From Abditibacteriaceae bacterium (GTDB taxonomy: Bacteria > Armatimonadota > Abditibacteriia > Abditibacteriales > Abditibacteriaceae), in assembly GCA_965277285.1 (NCBI GenBank), contig OZ255721.1, forward strand, positions 256,001-320,000: a stretch of DNA of 64,000 nucleotides. Reading direction: 5' to 3'. Every line of letters starts with the position of its first letter. Position 1 is the first letter of the stretch. Made by a program: the position numbers and the translations under genes. Shown piece by piece: positions 10,851-20,211 of the stretch. The notes under the pieces were generated by a model. It was not told the DNA's origin. It was given only the letters and a program-made list of their open reading frames with translations, and searched no databases.

Positions 10851-11501
10851 ATGGATTGCCGTCAAGTCGAAGCGAAGCTGGCCGATTGGAGCGCCCACAA
10901 CTTGCCGGATTCTTTTTGCGAAGAATTGCGCGACCACCTGCGCCAGTGCCCGCCTTGTACGCAGCACTGGAACGAGTTTCAACAAACCCTGCACACCGTT
11001 TCCTCTTCGACACAACCTTGCTGTTCCGCTGAGCGTTCGCGCGCCATGTGGCAGTGTTGCGAACAACACATTCAAAAAAAAATTGAAACTGAGCGTTTAA
11101 CTCGCCACGAAAAATCGCGCGCGTGGTGGCAGTTATCGCCGCGCTTTGGATTTGCTTCGCTGGCTGGCGCTTTTGCAGTTTTGATTGCGGTTTCAGTTAT
11201 GCCATCGAGTTTGTTGCGCCATAATAACTCGACGCAGCCCGTTCCGATTTCTGTGCCGCAGACCATAAGTTCTCCGCGCGATGAATGGATTCGTTTTTCA
11301 TTGCCGCCGGCGCAAGCCTCGCCTTTTATCAATCATCACGCGGCGATGGCTTTTGATCCGTTCGCCGATCATGTCGCTTCCACGTTGATTTCGGATGTAG
11401 CGACCAATCCCACAAGCGATGCACCAAGTGCCAGTCTGGTCTCGGAACTTTCGACTGATACTGTACCTGTTTCGACTAAATCGAACTTGTCACGTCCTTA
11501 A
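10851..11501 (+). CDS. Zinc-binding anti-sigma factor (zf-HC2) with one TM helix
   Basis: MDCRQV...HLRQCPPC (HxxxCxxC) then hydrophobic FGFASLAGAFAVLIAVSV. Confidence 0.8.
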   Translation: MDCRQVEAKLADWSAHNLPDSFCEELRDHLRQCPPCTQHWNEFQQTLHTVSSSTQPCCSAERSRAMWQCCEQHIQKKIETERLTRHEKSRAWWQLSPRFGFASLAGAFAVLIAVSVMPSSLLRHNNSTQPVPISVPQTISSPRDEWIRFSLPPAQASPFINHHAAMAFDPFADHVASTLISDVATNPTSDAPSASLVSELSTDTVPVSTKSNLSRP

Positions 11502-11521
11502 GTTTGCCGACCCGTTCTTCT

Positions 11522-12685
11522 ATGTCTTCGTTTTCTTCTCGTTCTTCGGGTTCTGGCCTGGCGCTTTGCGCGGCTTCAGCAGTCGTGCTGGGCGCCGCGT
11601 TTTTGTTGTGGGAATCGCGTTCTCAAGCGGCTCGCAACGATGGCGCGAACGGACACAATGTTCAATCAAGTACTCGAAATGGTGCGCAAACCCTGCCGGT
11701 GCAATGGCACGTGACCGCAGCGGCAGCGCAATTGTTGCATCGCGGTTTCGTAGCGGATAGCAGCTTGTCTTTCAGTGCGGATGTTGTGACGACGGCAATG
11801 TATGGCGCCCATAAAGTGCAAACGCGCGCTCATCTGATGCGCGCGCCGCGTCGCTTGAGCATTACTTATCTGAGCGGTGATCGTCGTGGACTGGCAGCCG
11901 GTTACAACGAGCACTGGTTTTGGCGCCGCGAAGGAGAAAATGCACCCATGCAAGCGTATGCTTCGGTTGCACTTCGCCCCGACGAAATGGTGACGCAACG
12001 TTTCGCGCTTTTAACGCGCAATTATGGCGGCGCTGTGGTGCGCCAGGATCGCGTTGACGGGCGTTTGTGCGATGTCGTCGAAGTACGGCGCAAGCAAGCG
12101 TTAGAAAACACTCGCGGCCCGTTCAAACGATTCTGGATCGACCATATCACAGGCTTGACGATGCGCACCGATGCTTACAATTGTCGTGGCGACCTGGTGT
12201 TGCGCTCGATTTTGTCGAACGTGCAAATGCAGCCGAAGGTTTCCGCCCAAAGTTTTGTTCTGCCCGAGCAGATGAAAAGTATCGCGCGCAAAACGTCGTG
12301 GAAAAACGAAGAACTGGGCAGCGACCGCGCCGAAGTCAAGGCGATGACGGGCATCGCGCCGCCGCAACCAGCGTGGCTGCCCGAAGGATTTGCCTTCGAC
12401 AGTGTGGGAATGCACCACACATCGCTGGCTAAAGGTTCGCCCTTGACTGCTTTGTCGCGCTACGGCGATGGCTTGAATGTCATCACAATTTTCGCTTTCA
12501 AAACGCAACACAACGCCGCGTCCGCGATAAAAGCAACTGCAAAAGCGCCGCATTTGGTTTCCTGCACCTTCGGCGCGGGCGCGATGGTGATGCGCGAAAT
12601 GCCGGATGGCCTGACTTTGCTGGCTGTAGGCGATTTGCCGACACCGATGCTCGGGCGCATCCTCGACAGCGTTTCTACGCAGTAA
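11522..12685 (+). CDS. MucB/RseB-like periplasmic sigma-E regulator (LolA-like fold)
   Basis: Follows the anti-sigma gene; DRVDGRLCDVV, RFWIDHITGLTMRTD, PAWLPEGF, YGDGLNVITIF are typical of RseB/MucB; start uncertain (11504 or 11522). Confidence 0.75.
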   Translation: MSSFSSRSSGSGLALCAASAVVLGAAFLLWESRSQAARNDGANGHNVQSSTRNGAQTLPVQWHVTAAAAQLLHRGFVADSSLSFSADVVTTAMYGAHKVQTRAHLMRAPRRLSITYLSGDRRGLAAGYNEHWFWRREGENAPMQAYASVALRPDEMVTQRFALLTRNYGGAVVRQDRVDGRLCDVVEVRRKQALENTRGPFKRFWIDHITGLTMRTDAYNCRGDLVLRSILSNVQMQPKVSAQSFVLPEQMKSIARKTSWKNEELGSDRAEVKAMTGIAPPQPAWLPEGFAFDSVGMHHTSLAKGSPLTALSRYGDGLNVITIFAFKTQHNAASAIKATAKAPHLVSCTFGAGAMVMREMPDGLTLLAVGDLPTPMLGRILDSVSTQ

Positions 12686-12876
12686 TTTTCGGTGACATCG
12701 AGTACTCGATTGTCATTGCAAACCTTCCCTTTTCATATTGAACTGCATCGAGCAATGTTCAGTCTCACGCGTGCTTCAACACGTCGGCTTTGTCAAACGA
12801 CCGGGCTTCGGCGTATAATCCTTATAGTCGAAGAAAGTTGTTCAAAAGCATCCAATGCCGGAATCTGGGACACATT

Positions 12877-14205
12877 ATGCGAGTACTCCATCGTCGTTTT
12901 CGTCGCACGCTATTTTTGCCGATCCTTTCATTTTGTGTTTCAGGAGTTTGTGTCGCCGCGATGCAACTTCCGGCGCGCGCACAATTGAAGCCTATGAACG
13001 CGCCGCCCGATCTCACGCCGAAAGAAATCGAGATGGGCAAAAAGTCGGTGCTGGAATTAGAAAAAGACCCCAAAATCAAACTTTTGGACGGCAGTAAAGA
13101 CCCTAAAGCAAAAGCATTGCTCGATAAGTTGAACGACATGGCAACCACGCTGGGCAAAGTTTCGGGGCGGCCTCTTGTCAAATACAACGTCAAAATCATC
13201 GAAGACCCGGATGTAAACGCCTTTACGCTTCCTGGCGGCCATATTTATGTATCGCAAGGTTTGCTCGATATGGCGGGCAGCGATGACGAAATCGCGGCGG
13301 TTCTGGGCCACGAAATCGGTCATAACGTGCGGATGCACGTTTTGCGCGAACAGGAACGCGAAAAGCCTTTGCAATGGGTCGAAATTGCAGCGATGTTGGC
13401 GATGCTCAAAGGCGGCAACAACGGCGCTAATATCGCGCAAATCGCGCCCTACATTTTGACGGGCGTCGTCAACAAATATAGCATCGGTTACGAAGAAGAA
13501 GCCGATGCTTGCGCGATTGAAGAAATGCGCAAAACGCAATACAATCCTTCGGCGATGGTGACATTTATGCAGCGCTTGCAGGATGAAGAAAGCCGCCATC
13601 CACAAGTCGAACTGGGCATTTATCAAGATCACCCTTTGTCCGCCGAACGCGTGCAAACCGCGCTCGACGCCTTAAAGCGCGACGGCATTCCATTCACGCC
13701 ACGCGCCGTTTCAGGCGGCACCGAAGCTGTCGTCGTCGAAAAAGAAGATCGCGTCAGCGTTGTCTGGGACACTTTGACATTGTTTGAGTTTGCTTCGTCA
13801 AAAACCGCCGCCAACGTTGCGTCCAAGTCGGAAAGTCCAAAAGTTGCCACCACAAAGATCGAAACTCCAAAAACTGAAATGGCCAAGCCCGTCGAAGTAT
13901 CGAGTACTGGAAACGCGCAAAACACGCCGCCGCCCGTTGCTGAAGTTGTTTCGCCAGCAAAAAAACGCGCGCAAACCGCCGCTGCACGATTGAACGACTT
14001 GATGCGCGATAATTTGCGATTATACGAAGTTCTGGTGAATGCCGATGGCGACGAAGCGACCATTTCGGCGCGCGGACAAGTTATTGCGCGTGCCACACTT
14101 GCCGATGCAAAATTGCAGAAAACGACGCCGCTTGCTCTGGCACAAGGTTGGAAAACCAATTTGCAGCGCTTGTTTTGGAAAGAAACGCTCAACGGCGCGA
14201 TGTAA
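12877..14205 (+). CDS. M48 family metallopeptidase, exported (BepA-like)
   Basis: VNAFTLPGG, AAVLGHEIGH (HExxH), EEEAD, DHP motifs; signal-like N-terminus; start uncertain. Confidence 0.9.
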   Translation: MRVLHRRFRRTLFLPILSFCVSGVCVAAMQLPARAQLKPMNAPPDLTPKEIEMGKKSVLELEKDPKIKLLDGSKDPKAKALLDKLNDMATTLGKVSGRPLVKYNVKIIEDPDVNAFTLPGGHIYVSQGLLDMAGSDDEIAAVLGHEIGHNVRMHVLREQEREKPLQWVEIAAMLAMLKGGNNGANIAQIAPYILTGVVNKYSIGYEEEADACAIEEMRKTQYNPSAMVTFMQRLQDEESRHPQVELGIYQDHPLSAERVQTALDALKRDGIPFTPRAVSGGTEAVVVEKEDRVSVVWDTLTLFEFASSKTAANVASKSESPKVATTKIETPKTEMAKPVEVSSTGNAQNTPPPVAEVVSPAKKRAQTAAARLNDLMRDNLRLYEVLVNADGDEATISARGQVIARATLADAKLQKTTPLALAQGWKTNLQRLFWKETLNGAM

Positions 14206-14225
14206 ATTGAGGTTGAAGAAATCGG

Positions 14226-14266
14226 AAGCACGAACGCTCTTTGAACAACGTTCGTGCTTTTTGTTT
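14226..14266 (+). terminator. Putative intrinsic terminator
   Basis: AAGCACGAACG...CGTTCGTGCTT stem then TTTGTTT. Confidence 0.55.
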
Positions 14267-14277
14267 AACTGGCGTTC

Positions 14278-15144
14278 ATGTTTCCGATTTCTTCTCGCAC
14301 CAAAGTCCTCGCCATCATTGGCGAGCCGATTGAACATTCGATTTCACCGCGCATTCAAAACGTGGCCTGGCGTGCCGCAAATTCCGATTTTGTGCTGATC
14401 GCATGTCGCGTGTCGCCGGAGAATCTTTCGTCTGTTGTTCGTGGCGCCCGCGATTTGGGGTTTCTGGGCTTGATGGTGACGATTCCGCACAAAGAACGAG
14501 TACTCGAATTGTGCGACGAAATGGACATTTCTGCGCGCGACGTTGGCGCCGCCAATTTGCTGCATTTTCGCGCCGATGGAAAAATTATCGGCTATTCTTC
14601 CGATGGCTGGGCCGCGGTCAAAGATTTGGGTGAACACGGCGTCTTGGTTCACGGCGCGAAAGTCACGATTTTGGGCGCTGGTGGCGCCGCGCGTTCGCTG
14701 GCTTTGACGTTCGCGCGCGAAGGTGCTAAAAGCATTCGAGTACTCAATCGCACGATTGAACGCGCGCAGAAAATCGTCGATGAAGTCGCGGTGTTAGGTA
14801 TTCAATGCTGCGCAGCGGGAACCGACGAACTTTCCTTGCGCGAACACTTGCACGACGCTGATTTACTAATCAACGCCACGTCCATTGGAATGTCGCCGAA
14901 TAGGAATGAAACGCCACTTGCGCGCGACTATTTGCGCCCAGATTTGGCGGTTTATGACATCGTTTACAATCCACTTGAAACACGACTTTTGCGTGAAGCC
15001 CGCGAAATCGGCGCAACCGCGATTGACGGTTTGGGAATGTTGATCGGCACCAACATTCGCGCCGCGCAAATCTGCGCTAATGTCGATTTGAGTTGGGACG
15101 TAATGCGCGAAGAAGCCTTGCGTGTGTTGAGCGCAAGCAGCTAA
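14278..15144 (+). CDS. aroE: Shikimate dehydrogenase
   Basis: IGEPIEHSISP, VTIPHKE, GAGGAAR, NRT, INATSIGM, DIVYNP, DGLGML. Confidence 0.9.
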   Translation: MFPISSRTKVLAIIGEPIEHSISPRIQNVAWRAANSDFVLIACRVSPENLSSVVRGARDLGFLGLMVTIPHKERVLELCDEMDISARDVGAANLLHFRADGKIIGYSSDGWAAVKDLGEHGVLVHGAKVTILGAGGAARSLALTFAREGAKSIRVLNRTIERAQKIVDEVAVLGIQCCAAGTDELSLREHLHDADLLINATSIGMSPNRNETPLARDYLRPDLAVYDIVYNPLETRLLREAREIGATAIDGLGMLIGTNIRAAQICANVDLSWDVMREEALRVLSASS

Positions 15145-15172
15145 AAGCATGTTGAGTGGAAAATCCCACTGC

Positions 15173-15317
15173 ATGAAAAATCGCTTGAGCCGAACTCGAT
15201 TACGAAGCCAACGTGCGCACTTATCGAGAAATCAAAGACGTGAAAAACTCGCTGCACAATCTGGAAGAAAAGCTGCAAACTCTCGAAACGTTGCTGCGCG
15301 AAAAAGATGCGCGCTGA
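15173..15317 (+). pseudogene. Possible C-terminal remnant of a DUF1003-like gene
   Basis: KNRL, then in a shifted frame from 15189 AELDYEANVRTYREIKDVKNSLHNLEEKLQTLETLLREKDAR*; recalled resemblance to DUF1003 (KDRLRAELDYEVN plus coiled coil); no full ORF. Confidence 0.35.
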
Positions 15318-15337
15318 GTCTGGAGAAAGAACTGCGA

Positions 15338-15427
15338 CAACGAACCCTGAGCGTCAGCGACGGGTGGGAATTTTAGGTACGAACAAACTCTTACTTTTCA
15401 CCCGTCGCTGACGCTCAGGGTTCGTTG
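15338..15427. repeat. REP-like inverted repeat, family AACCCTGAGCGTCAGCGACGGGTG
   Basis: Long perfect arms around a variable spacer, between convergent aroE and nnr; same family at 26028 and 61805. Confidence 0.85.
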
Positions 15428-15449
15428 CGCAATTCAAGTTGATTGTTCT

Positions 15450-17072
15450 TCACTCCAACTTCTTCAAGCGCGCGTTGATGCTTTGCGCTTCAGGACGATT
15501 CTGCAAATCCAAAATCGCGTGCGGCAAAGCATCGGCGATGTCGTGCGCAACAAGTCCGTTGCCGGTTTTCGAGTACTCGATGTCGCCCGCCAATCCGTGC
15601 AAATAAACGCCAAGCAGCGTCGCGTTCAAAGCATCTTTGAGTTGCGCCAAAAGTCCCGCGATAGTTCCGGTTAAAACGTCGCCGCTGCCGCCGGTCGCCA
15701 TTCCCGCGTTGCCCGTCAAGTTGATCCACGTTCGTCCATCCGGCGCCGCGACAACACTGCGCGCGCCTTTCAAAACGACGAACGCGTTGTATTTCTGCGC
15801 ACATTCGACCGCGATTTCCAAACGCTGTTCGTTGACGCTTTTCGCGTCGCTGCCCATCAATTCGCCCATTTCGCCAGGATGTGGCGTCAAAATCGTCGGC
15901 GCCATGCGAGCTTTGACTTGATCGGCGATAGCAGGCAAAGCATAAAGCGCGTCGGCGTCAATGATGAGCGGCAAATCGCATTCGCGGACGATGCGACGCG
16001 CGAAGTTTAAAGCGCCGTCCGACCGCGAAAGTCCCGGCCCTAAAGCGACAACGTTGGCGCCTTGCCAAATGTCGGGAAGTTTGTCGGCTGCGCTTTCGAT
16101 CAGGCGGCCTTCATCGTCGCAAGGCAAGGCGTGCGAAGTCGCTTCGAGAATGTTGGTGGAAAACGAATCGAGTACTCGATCCGGCACGCACGCGATGCAA
16201 AGTCCGGCGCCAACGCGCAACGCCGCACGCGACGCCAGCGCAGGCGCGCCGCTCATGCCGCGACTTCCGCCGCAAATAATCACGCGTCCGGCTGTGCCTT
16301 TGTGCGCATCAGTCGGGCGATAAGGAAGAAGCGCGTGCGCCGTGGTACGAGACAGCAATTCACAGCCGGTTTTGGTGTCAGGAAGTTGTTCTGAAGCTGT
16401 GCCGATGCCGCCGACCCAGATTTCGCCGCAAAGGTCAATTCCATCGCGCAAGAGCATTCCACTTTTTGGTGAAGCAAACGTGACAGTGTAATCAACGCGG
16501 ATTGTTTCCGGTGCCGCTTGACCAGTTTGTGCGTTCAAGCCGGAAGGCAAGTCAATGGCGACGCAAGGTTTCCACTCCGCTGACGCATATTGCATGGCGC
16601 AACGCATTCTTGCATCAGTAATTCCACTATGAAAACCTGTTCCCAAAAGTGCATCTAAAATGATGTCGGCGTCGCCGGAATAATCCAGAAATTGAGACGT
16701 ATCTTTGTAGTTGTCTTCATTCGCTGCGATGACTTTCATGTTAAGGAAAACTTCGCCATGTGTCTGCGCGTGCTGCAAAGCGCGATAGTTAATCAGTGCG
16801 TCACCTTTCAATTCGTGAGGGGAACACGCAAGAAAGACATCAACGAAACATAATCCCGTCAAATGACGCGCAATAGCGAAACCATCGCCGCCGTTGTTGC
16901 CTTTGCCACACAAAACGGCGACGCGTTTGCCTCGCAATGGCGCGAACTTCCATTCGAGGAATTCGACGACGCGCAAAGCGGCGTTTTCCATCAGCACAAA
17001 CGAGGGAATCGAGTACTCGTTTGTCGCGGCGGCGTCGAAGGCGCGCATTTGTTCGGGTGTAAAAACTTTCAT
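15450..17072 (-). CDS. nnr: Bifunctional NAD(P)H-hydrate epimerase/dehydratase (YjeF)
   Basis: LMENAA, CGKGNNGGDG, DALLGTG, DLPSG, HKGTAG, IDADAL, LTPHPGEM, GGSGDVLTG. Confidence 0.95.
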   Translation of the reverse strand: MKVFTPEQMRAFDAAATNEYSIPSFVLMENAALRVVEFLEWKFAPLRGKRVAVLCGKGNNGGDGFAIARHLTGLCFVDVFLACSPHELKGDALINYRALQHAQTHGEVFLNMKVIAANEDNYKDTSQFLDYSGDADIILDALLGTGFHSGITDARMRCAMQYASAEWKPCVAIDLPSGLNAQTGQAAPETIRVDYTVTFASPKSGMLLRDGIDLCGEIWVGGIGTASEQLPDTKTGCELLSRTTAHALLPYRPTDAHKGTAGRVIICGGSRGMSGAPALASRAALRVGAGLCIACVPDRVLDSFSTNILEATSHALPCDDEGRLIESAADKLPDIWQGANVVALGPGLSRSDGALNFARRIVRECDLPLIIDADALYALPAIADQVKARMAPTILTPHPGEMGELMGSDAKSVNEQRLEIAVECAQKYNAFVVLKGARSVVAAPDGRTWINLTGNAGMATGGSGDVLTGTIAGLLAQLKDALNATLLGVYLHGLAGDIEYSKTGNGLVAHDIADALPHAILDLQNRPEAQSINARLKKLE

Positions 17073-17126
17073 AAGAAAATAGAAAATACCGGATGAAGTC
17101 GAAGACGCCGTTTTATTCCGTATTCA

Positions 17127-18182
17127 TCATTCCGTATTCCGTATTTGTTTCCGTCCAGCCAGCCAGAAGCCCAATGCGCTACCAAAGGCGCCCCAACTGG
17201 CGGCTTCAAAGGGCGACGAGTCCCAGATGACGCGCGCGGCGGGTTGCAAAACCGAAACTGTGCCGCCCGATTGAAACCACAATCCGCAAACGAACGCGAC
17301 CGCAATCGGCGCCGCGATCAGATAAGCGACCGTATTTTCGCCGCCGTTTTGTGTTGCCGCACTTCCAAAGAAACGCCGCGTCAGCCACGCGCCGCCGCCA
17401 AACGACACCACGCAAAGCAAAGCCGCTATGGCCGCAAGAAATGGCGATGCGGGCAATTCGCTTCCGTTGAGCAAGGGAAGCGCGAGTAACGTCAGTCCGA
17501 AAATCGACAGCAGAAACAAGCCTGGAACCGCCACCATCAACGGAAAAGTCAGGTTGCGGCTGAAAGCGCGCGAAGTTTGCGAAAGCGCGATGTTTTCCGT
17601 GGCGTCCTCGGCAACTGCAACCGGAGTTTTGCGCCTGGCATTTTTCGTTTTTTTATTCAACGAATCACGTTGTGCCAAGCGTTGCGGCGCGAAAAAGCGT
17701 TTTTCCGCGAGCCATCCCATAATTGCGGCGATCAGCAAGCCGAAGGCGACGCACAAAGGCTGACTGACGCCGTTCGACCAGAAAACCGCTTTTAAGGTGT
17801 TCTCGTTTTGTTGACCGGGCGACAGGAAATTGGGGAATCGAGTACTCGAAAGCGTGTGAAAAAGCCAGCCCAAAATGCCCCAGCCCAGAGCGCAGGCCGC
17901 GCCCGGCAACATTCGCAAGGAAGGTCGATCCAAACCGCGCATGGCGATGGTCGCTACCAAGCCGCCGACCATCGCGGAAAAAATCAGGCCGCGAAAAACG
18001 TGGCCGCCGATTTCGCTTTGTCCAAAAGGCGACCAGAGTTCGCGCGCGCGAAAACCCAGAGCCGTCAGCAAAATGGTCGATAAAACTGCGCCCAGCAATA
18101 AACTGAGCAGCCATTCGGTGCGATTTACGCTTTTGTCGGAGCCGATTATGGGAGTTAGAGATGGTGAAGAACTTTTATTCAT
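17127..18182 (-). CDS. Hypothetical multi-pass membrane protein
   Basis: About 8 hydrophobic segments; same strand as nnr; no recognised family. Confidence 0.7.
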   Translation of the reverse strand: MNKSSSPSLTPIIGSDKSVNRTEWLLSLLLGAVLSTILLTALGFRARELWSPFGQSEIGGHVFRGLIFSAMVGGLVATIAMRGLDRPSLRMLPGAACALGWGILGWLFHTLSSTRFPNFLSPGQQNENTLKAVFWSNGVSQPLCVAFGLLIAAIMGWLAEKRFFAPQRLAQRDSLNKKTKNARRKTPVAVAEDATENIALSQTSRAFSRNLTFPLMVAVPGLFLLSIFGLTLLALPLLNGSELPASPFLAAIAALLCVVSFGGGAWLTRRFFGSAATQNGGENTVAYLIAAPIAVAFVCGLWFQSGGTVSVLQPAARVIWDSSPFEAASWGAFGSALGFWLAGRKQIRNTE

Positions 18183-18351
18183 AATTTCCAAAGGTTCAGT
18201 TTTTGAGGTCAGCAACGCGTTTTGAGTACTCGAAAGGAGTCGCGTTGGCTCTTGCGGCCTTTATTTTAATCGAAAGTGTGTTGCGCGGTGATTTCAGGCG
18301 GCCTCGAAAACGTGGAAAGCACATACAGACCGCGAACGATTTGTGAATTTT

Positions 18352-19119
18352 ATGACCATAACGCAACCAATTGCCGATACCGCAAGCGAAGCCAACGATA
18401 CCGAAGCCAAACATCCAAACGCTGAATGGAACCAGGCCAGCGACGCGCAAAAAGTCGAGGTTTTGTGGCGCGAACTGATGATCGCGCGCGAAGAACTCAA
18501 AGCGGCGCGCGTCCAGATAGAAATGATGCGGCGCGAAAATCGTGAACTGGTACGCCTGGATGAACTAACGGGTTTGCCAAATTACAGCGCCTTTGTCGAG
18601 CGCATCAGCGGAGAAGTGCAACGCGCCGCACGTTTTTCCACGCCGCTATCAATTTTGCTGCTCGATCTGGACAATTTTAGTGATCTGGCGTGTCGTTGGG
18701 GACATGACGGCGCACAAGACGTGTTGCGCGGCATCGCTCAAACGTTGCAACAAAACACGCGCACGGTCGATATTGTCGCGCGTTATGGCGCGCATCAGTT
18801 TGGCGCGATTTTGCCGAACACCAGTCAGCAAGGCGCCATTTTGTTAGCTGAACGCTTGTGCCTCGCTATCGAATCGCACGACGTGCAAGGCCCAACGTTG
18901 TGCGCCAGTTTCGGCGTGACGACGGTTACGAGCGACCATTTGGACGGCAAAACCTGCATCGCGCAAGCCTATAAAGCGATGCGCTATTCGGCAATTACGG
19001 GTCGCAATCGCATCACGCACGCGCAACAATCGAGCATTCAGCGCATCACGCCGTGGGGCGATGTGCCCAGCGTGCAACTCGTTCACGCCGATGGCGAACT
19101 AAGGGAAATCGAGAATTGA
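18352..19119 (+). CDS. GGDEF-domain protein with degenerate active site and N-terminal coiled coil
   Basis: DELTGLPN, LLDLDNF, RTVD I-site, RYGAHQF in place of RYGGEEF, SFGV. Confidence 0.85.
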   Translation: MTITQPIADTASEANDTEAKHPNAEWNQASDAQKVEVLWRELMIAREELKAARVQIEMMRRENRELVRLDELTGLPNYSAFVERISGEVQRAARFSTPLSILLLDLDNFSDLACRWGHDGAQDVLRGIAQTLQQNTRTVDIVARYGAHQFGAILPNTSQQGAILLAERLCLAIESHDVQGPTLCASFGVTTVTSDHLDGKTCIAQAYKAMRYSAITGRNRITHAQQSSIQRITPWGDVPSVQLVHADGELREIEN

Positions 19120-19179
19120 AAAAAGGTTCGAGTGTTCAACTTGAGTACTTGATGCGGCGTTCGATGAAAGCCCTTGCAA

Positions 19180-19283
19180 AAGCCCACAAACTCGCACTTT
19201 GTCATTCTGAGTGAAACGAAGAATCTAACTTCAGCCAGATTCTTCGTTTCACTCAGAATGACAAAGTGCGAGTTTGTGGGCTT
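19180..19283. repeat. REP-like palindrome, GTCATTCTGAG-N-GAAGAATCT family
   Basis: 47-bp perfect arms with a 10-nt loop between convergent genes. Confidence 0.9.
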
Positions 19284-19318
19284 AGTTTTCGACTTTTTAT
19301 GCAACTTTTGCAAATGTT

Positions 19319-20152
19319 TTATTTGCGCGAAACCATAAACGTCGCCAGCGCCTTGAGTTCGGGCGCACTGAGATAATCGTAAGCGGGCATCGTCGAATCG
19401 GGATGTTTGCTGCGCGGATTTTTCAAGTGTTCGATGTGCCATTGAACGCTCGTTTCATCACTGCCGATGTGCGTTAAATCAGGCGCTCTTTTGCCGCCTT
19501 TGCCGTCCATCTGGTGGCACGAATTGCAACTTTCCGAAACGTAAAGTTTTTGGCCTTGCGCCACGAACTTCGCATCCAGCGGTACAAAGCCCGAACCAGG
19601 CGCAGTCGCTTTTTGTGGAGGGCGCGCACCTGATGTCTTGGAAGGCGCGGTTTTTGTGGCGTCCTCTGGCTCGTTTTTCGCGTGTGGAAAAATTGCGGCG
19701 GGGCCATTGGCGTCATCGCCGAACACCATCTGGCCGCCCAAATGTCCCGTCACACCAACGGCAATCGCCACCAAAACTGAGAGAAAAACTATCGCGCCGC
19801 GTCCGCGAATATTCGACAGGTTGTCATAATCACGCGCTTTGGTGCGCCACAAAAGAAGAATCAGCGCCAGACCCGACGAACCGAACGCCAATAAGCGGTG
19901 CCACACGAAAATTGGCGGCAACGTCGATTGGCCATACAATTTTCCGCCCGCGATCCAGCCTGTTGCCAGACTGGGAATCGCCATCAAAACCGCCAATGCC
20001 AGCATCCAGAACGAAACGATGCGCCATTCGCTTTTGCGCCTGAGCGTCGCGCCGATGTCGAACGCCGCGCCACCCAACAGCATGGCAACGGGAAAGTGTG
20101 TTATTGCGCCGTGCAACGCTGTCCATGATGCGGGAAACCAGGAAGAAAACAT
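19319..20152 (-). CDS. DUF2231-like membrane domain fused to a C-terminal c-type cytochrome
   Basis: HGAITHFPVA, ATGW, H, GHLGGQMVF pattern; CNSCH heme motif; APDLTHIG, SxMP. Confidence 0.85.
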   Translation of the reverse strand: MFSSWFPASWTALHGAITHFPVAMLLGGAAFDIGATLRRKSEWRIVSFWMLALAVLMAIPSLATGWIAGGKLYGQSTLPPIFVWHRLLAFGSSGLALILLLWRTKARDYDNLSNIRGRGAIVFLSVLVAIAVGVTGHLGGQMVFGDDANGPAAIFPHAKNEPEDATKTAPSKTSGARPPQKATAPGSGFVPLDAKFVAQGQKLYVSESCNSCHQMDGKGGKRAPDLTHIGSDETSVQWHIEHLKNPRSKHPDSTMPAYDYLSAPELKALATFMVSRK

Positions 20153-20174
20153 AAATCGAGTACTCGAATAAAGA

Positions 20175-20204
20175 TGTAGGGACGCATTGCGATGCGCCCC
20201 TACA
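20175..20204. repeat. GTAG-type REP hairpin
   Basis: TGTAGGGACGCAT-tgcg-ATGCGCCCCTACA between rtcB and the cytochrome gene. Confidence 0.65.
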
Positions 20205-20211
20205 ATACGCT

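Noticed and set aside
15149..15376. 75-aa Arg-rich ORF
   Set aside because: Ends inside a REP, and another frame gives the more protein-like sequence.
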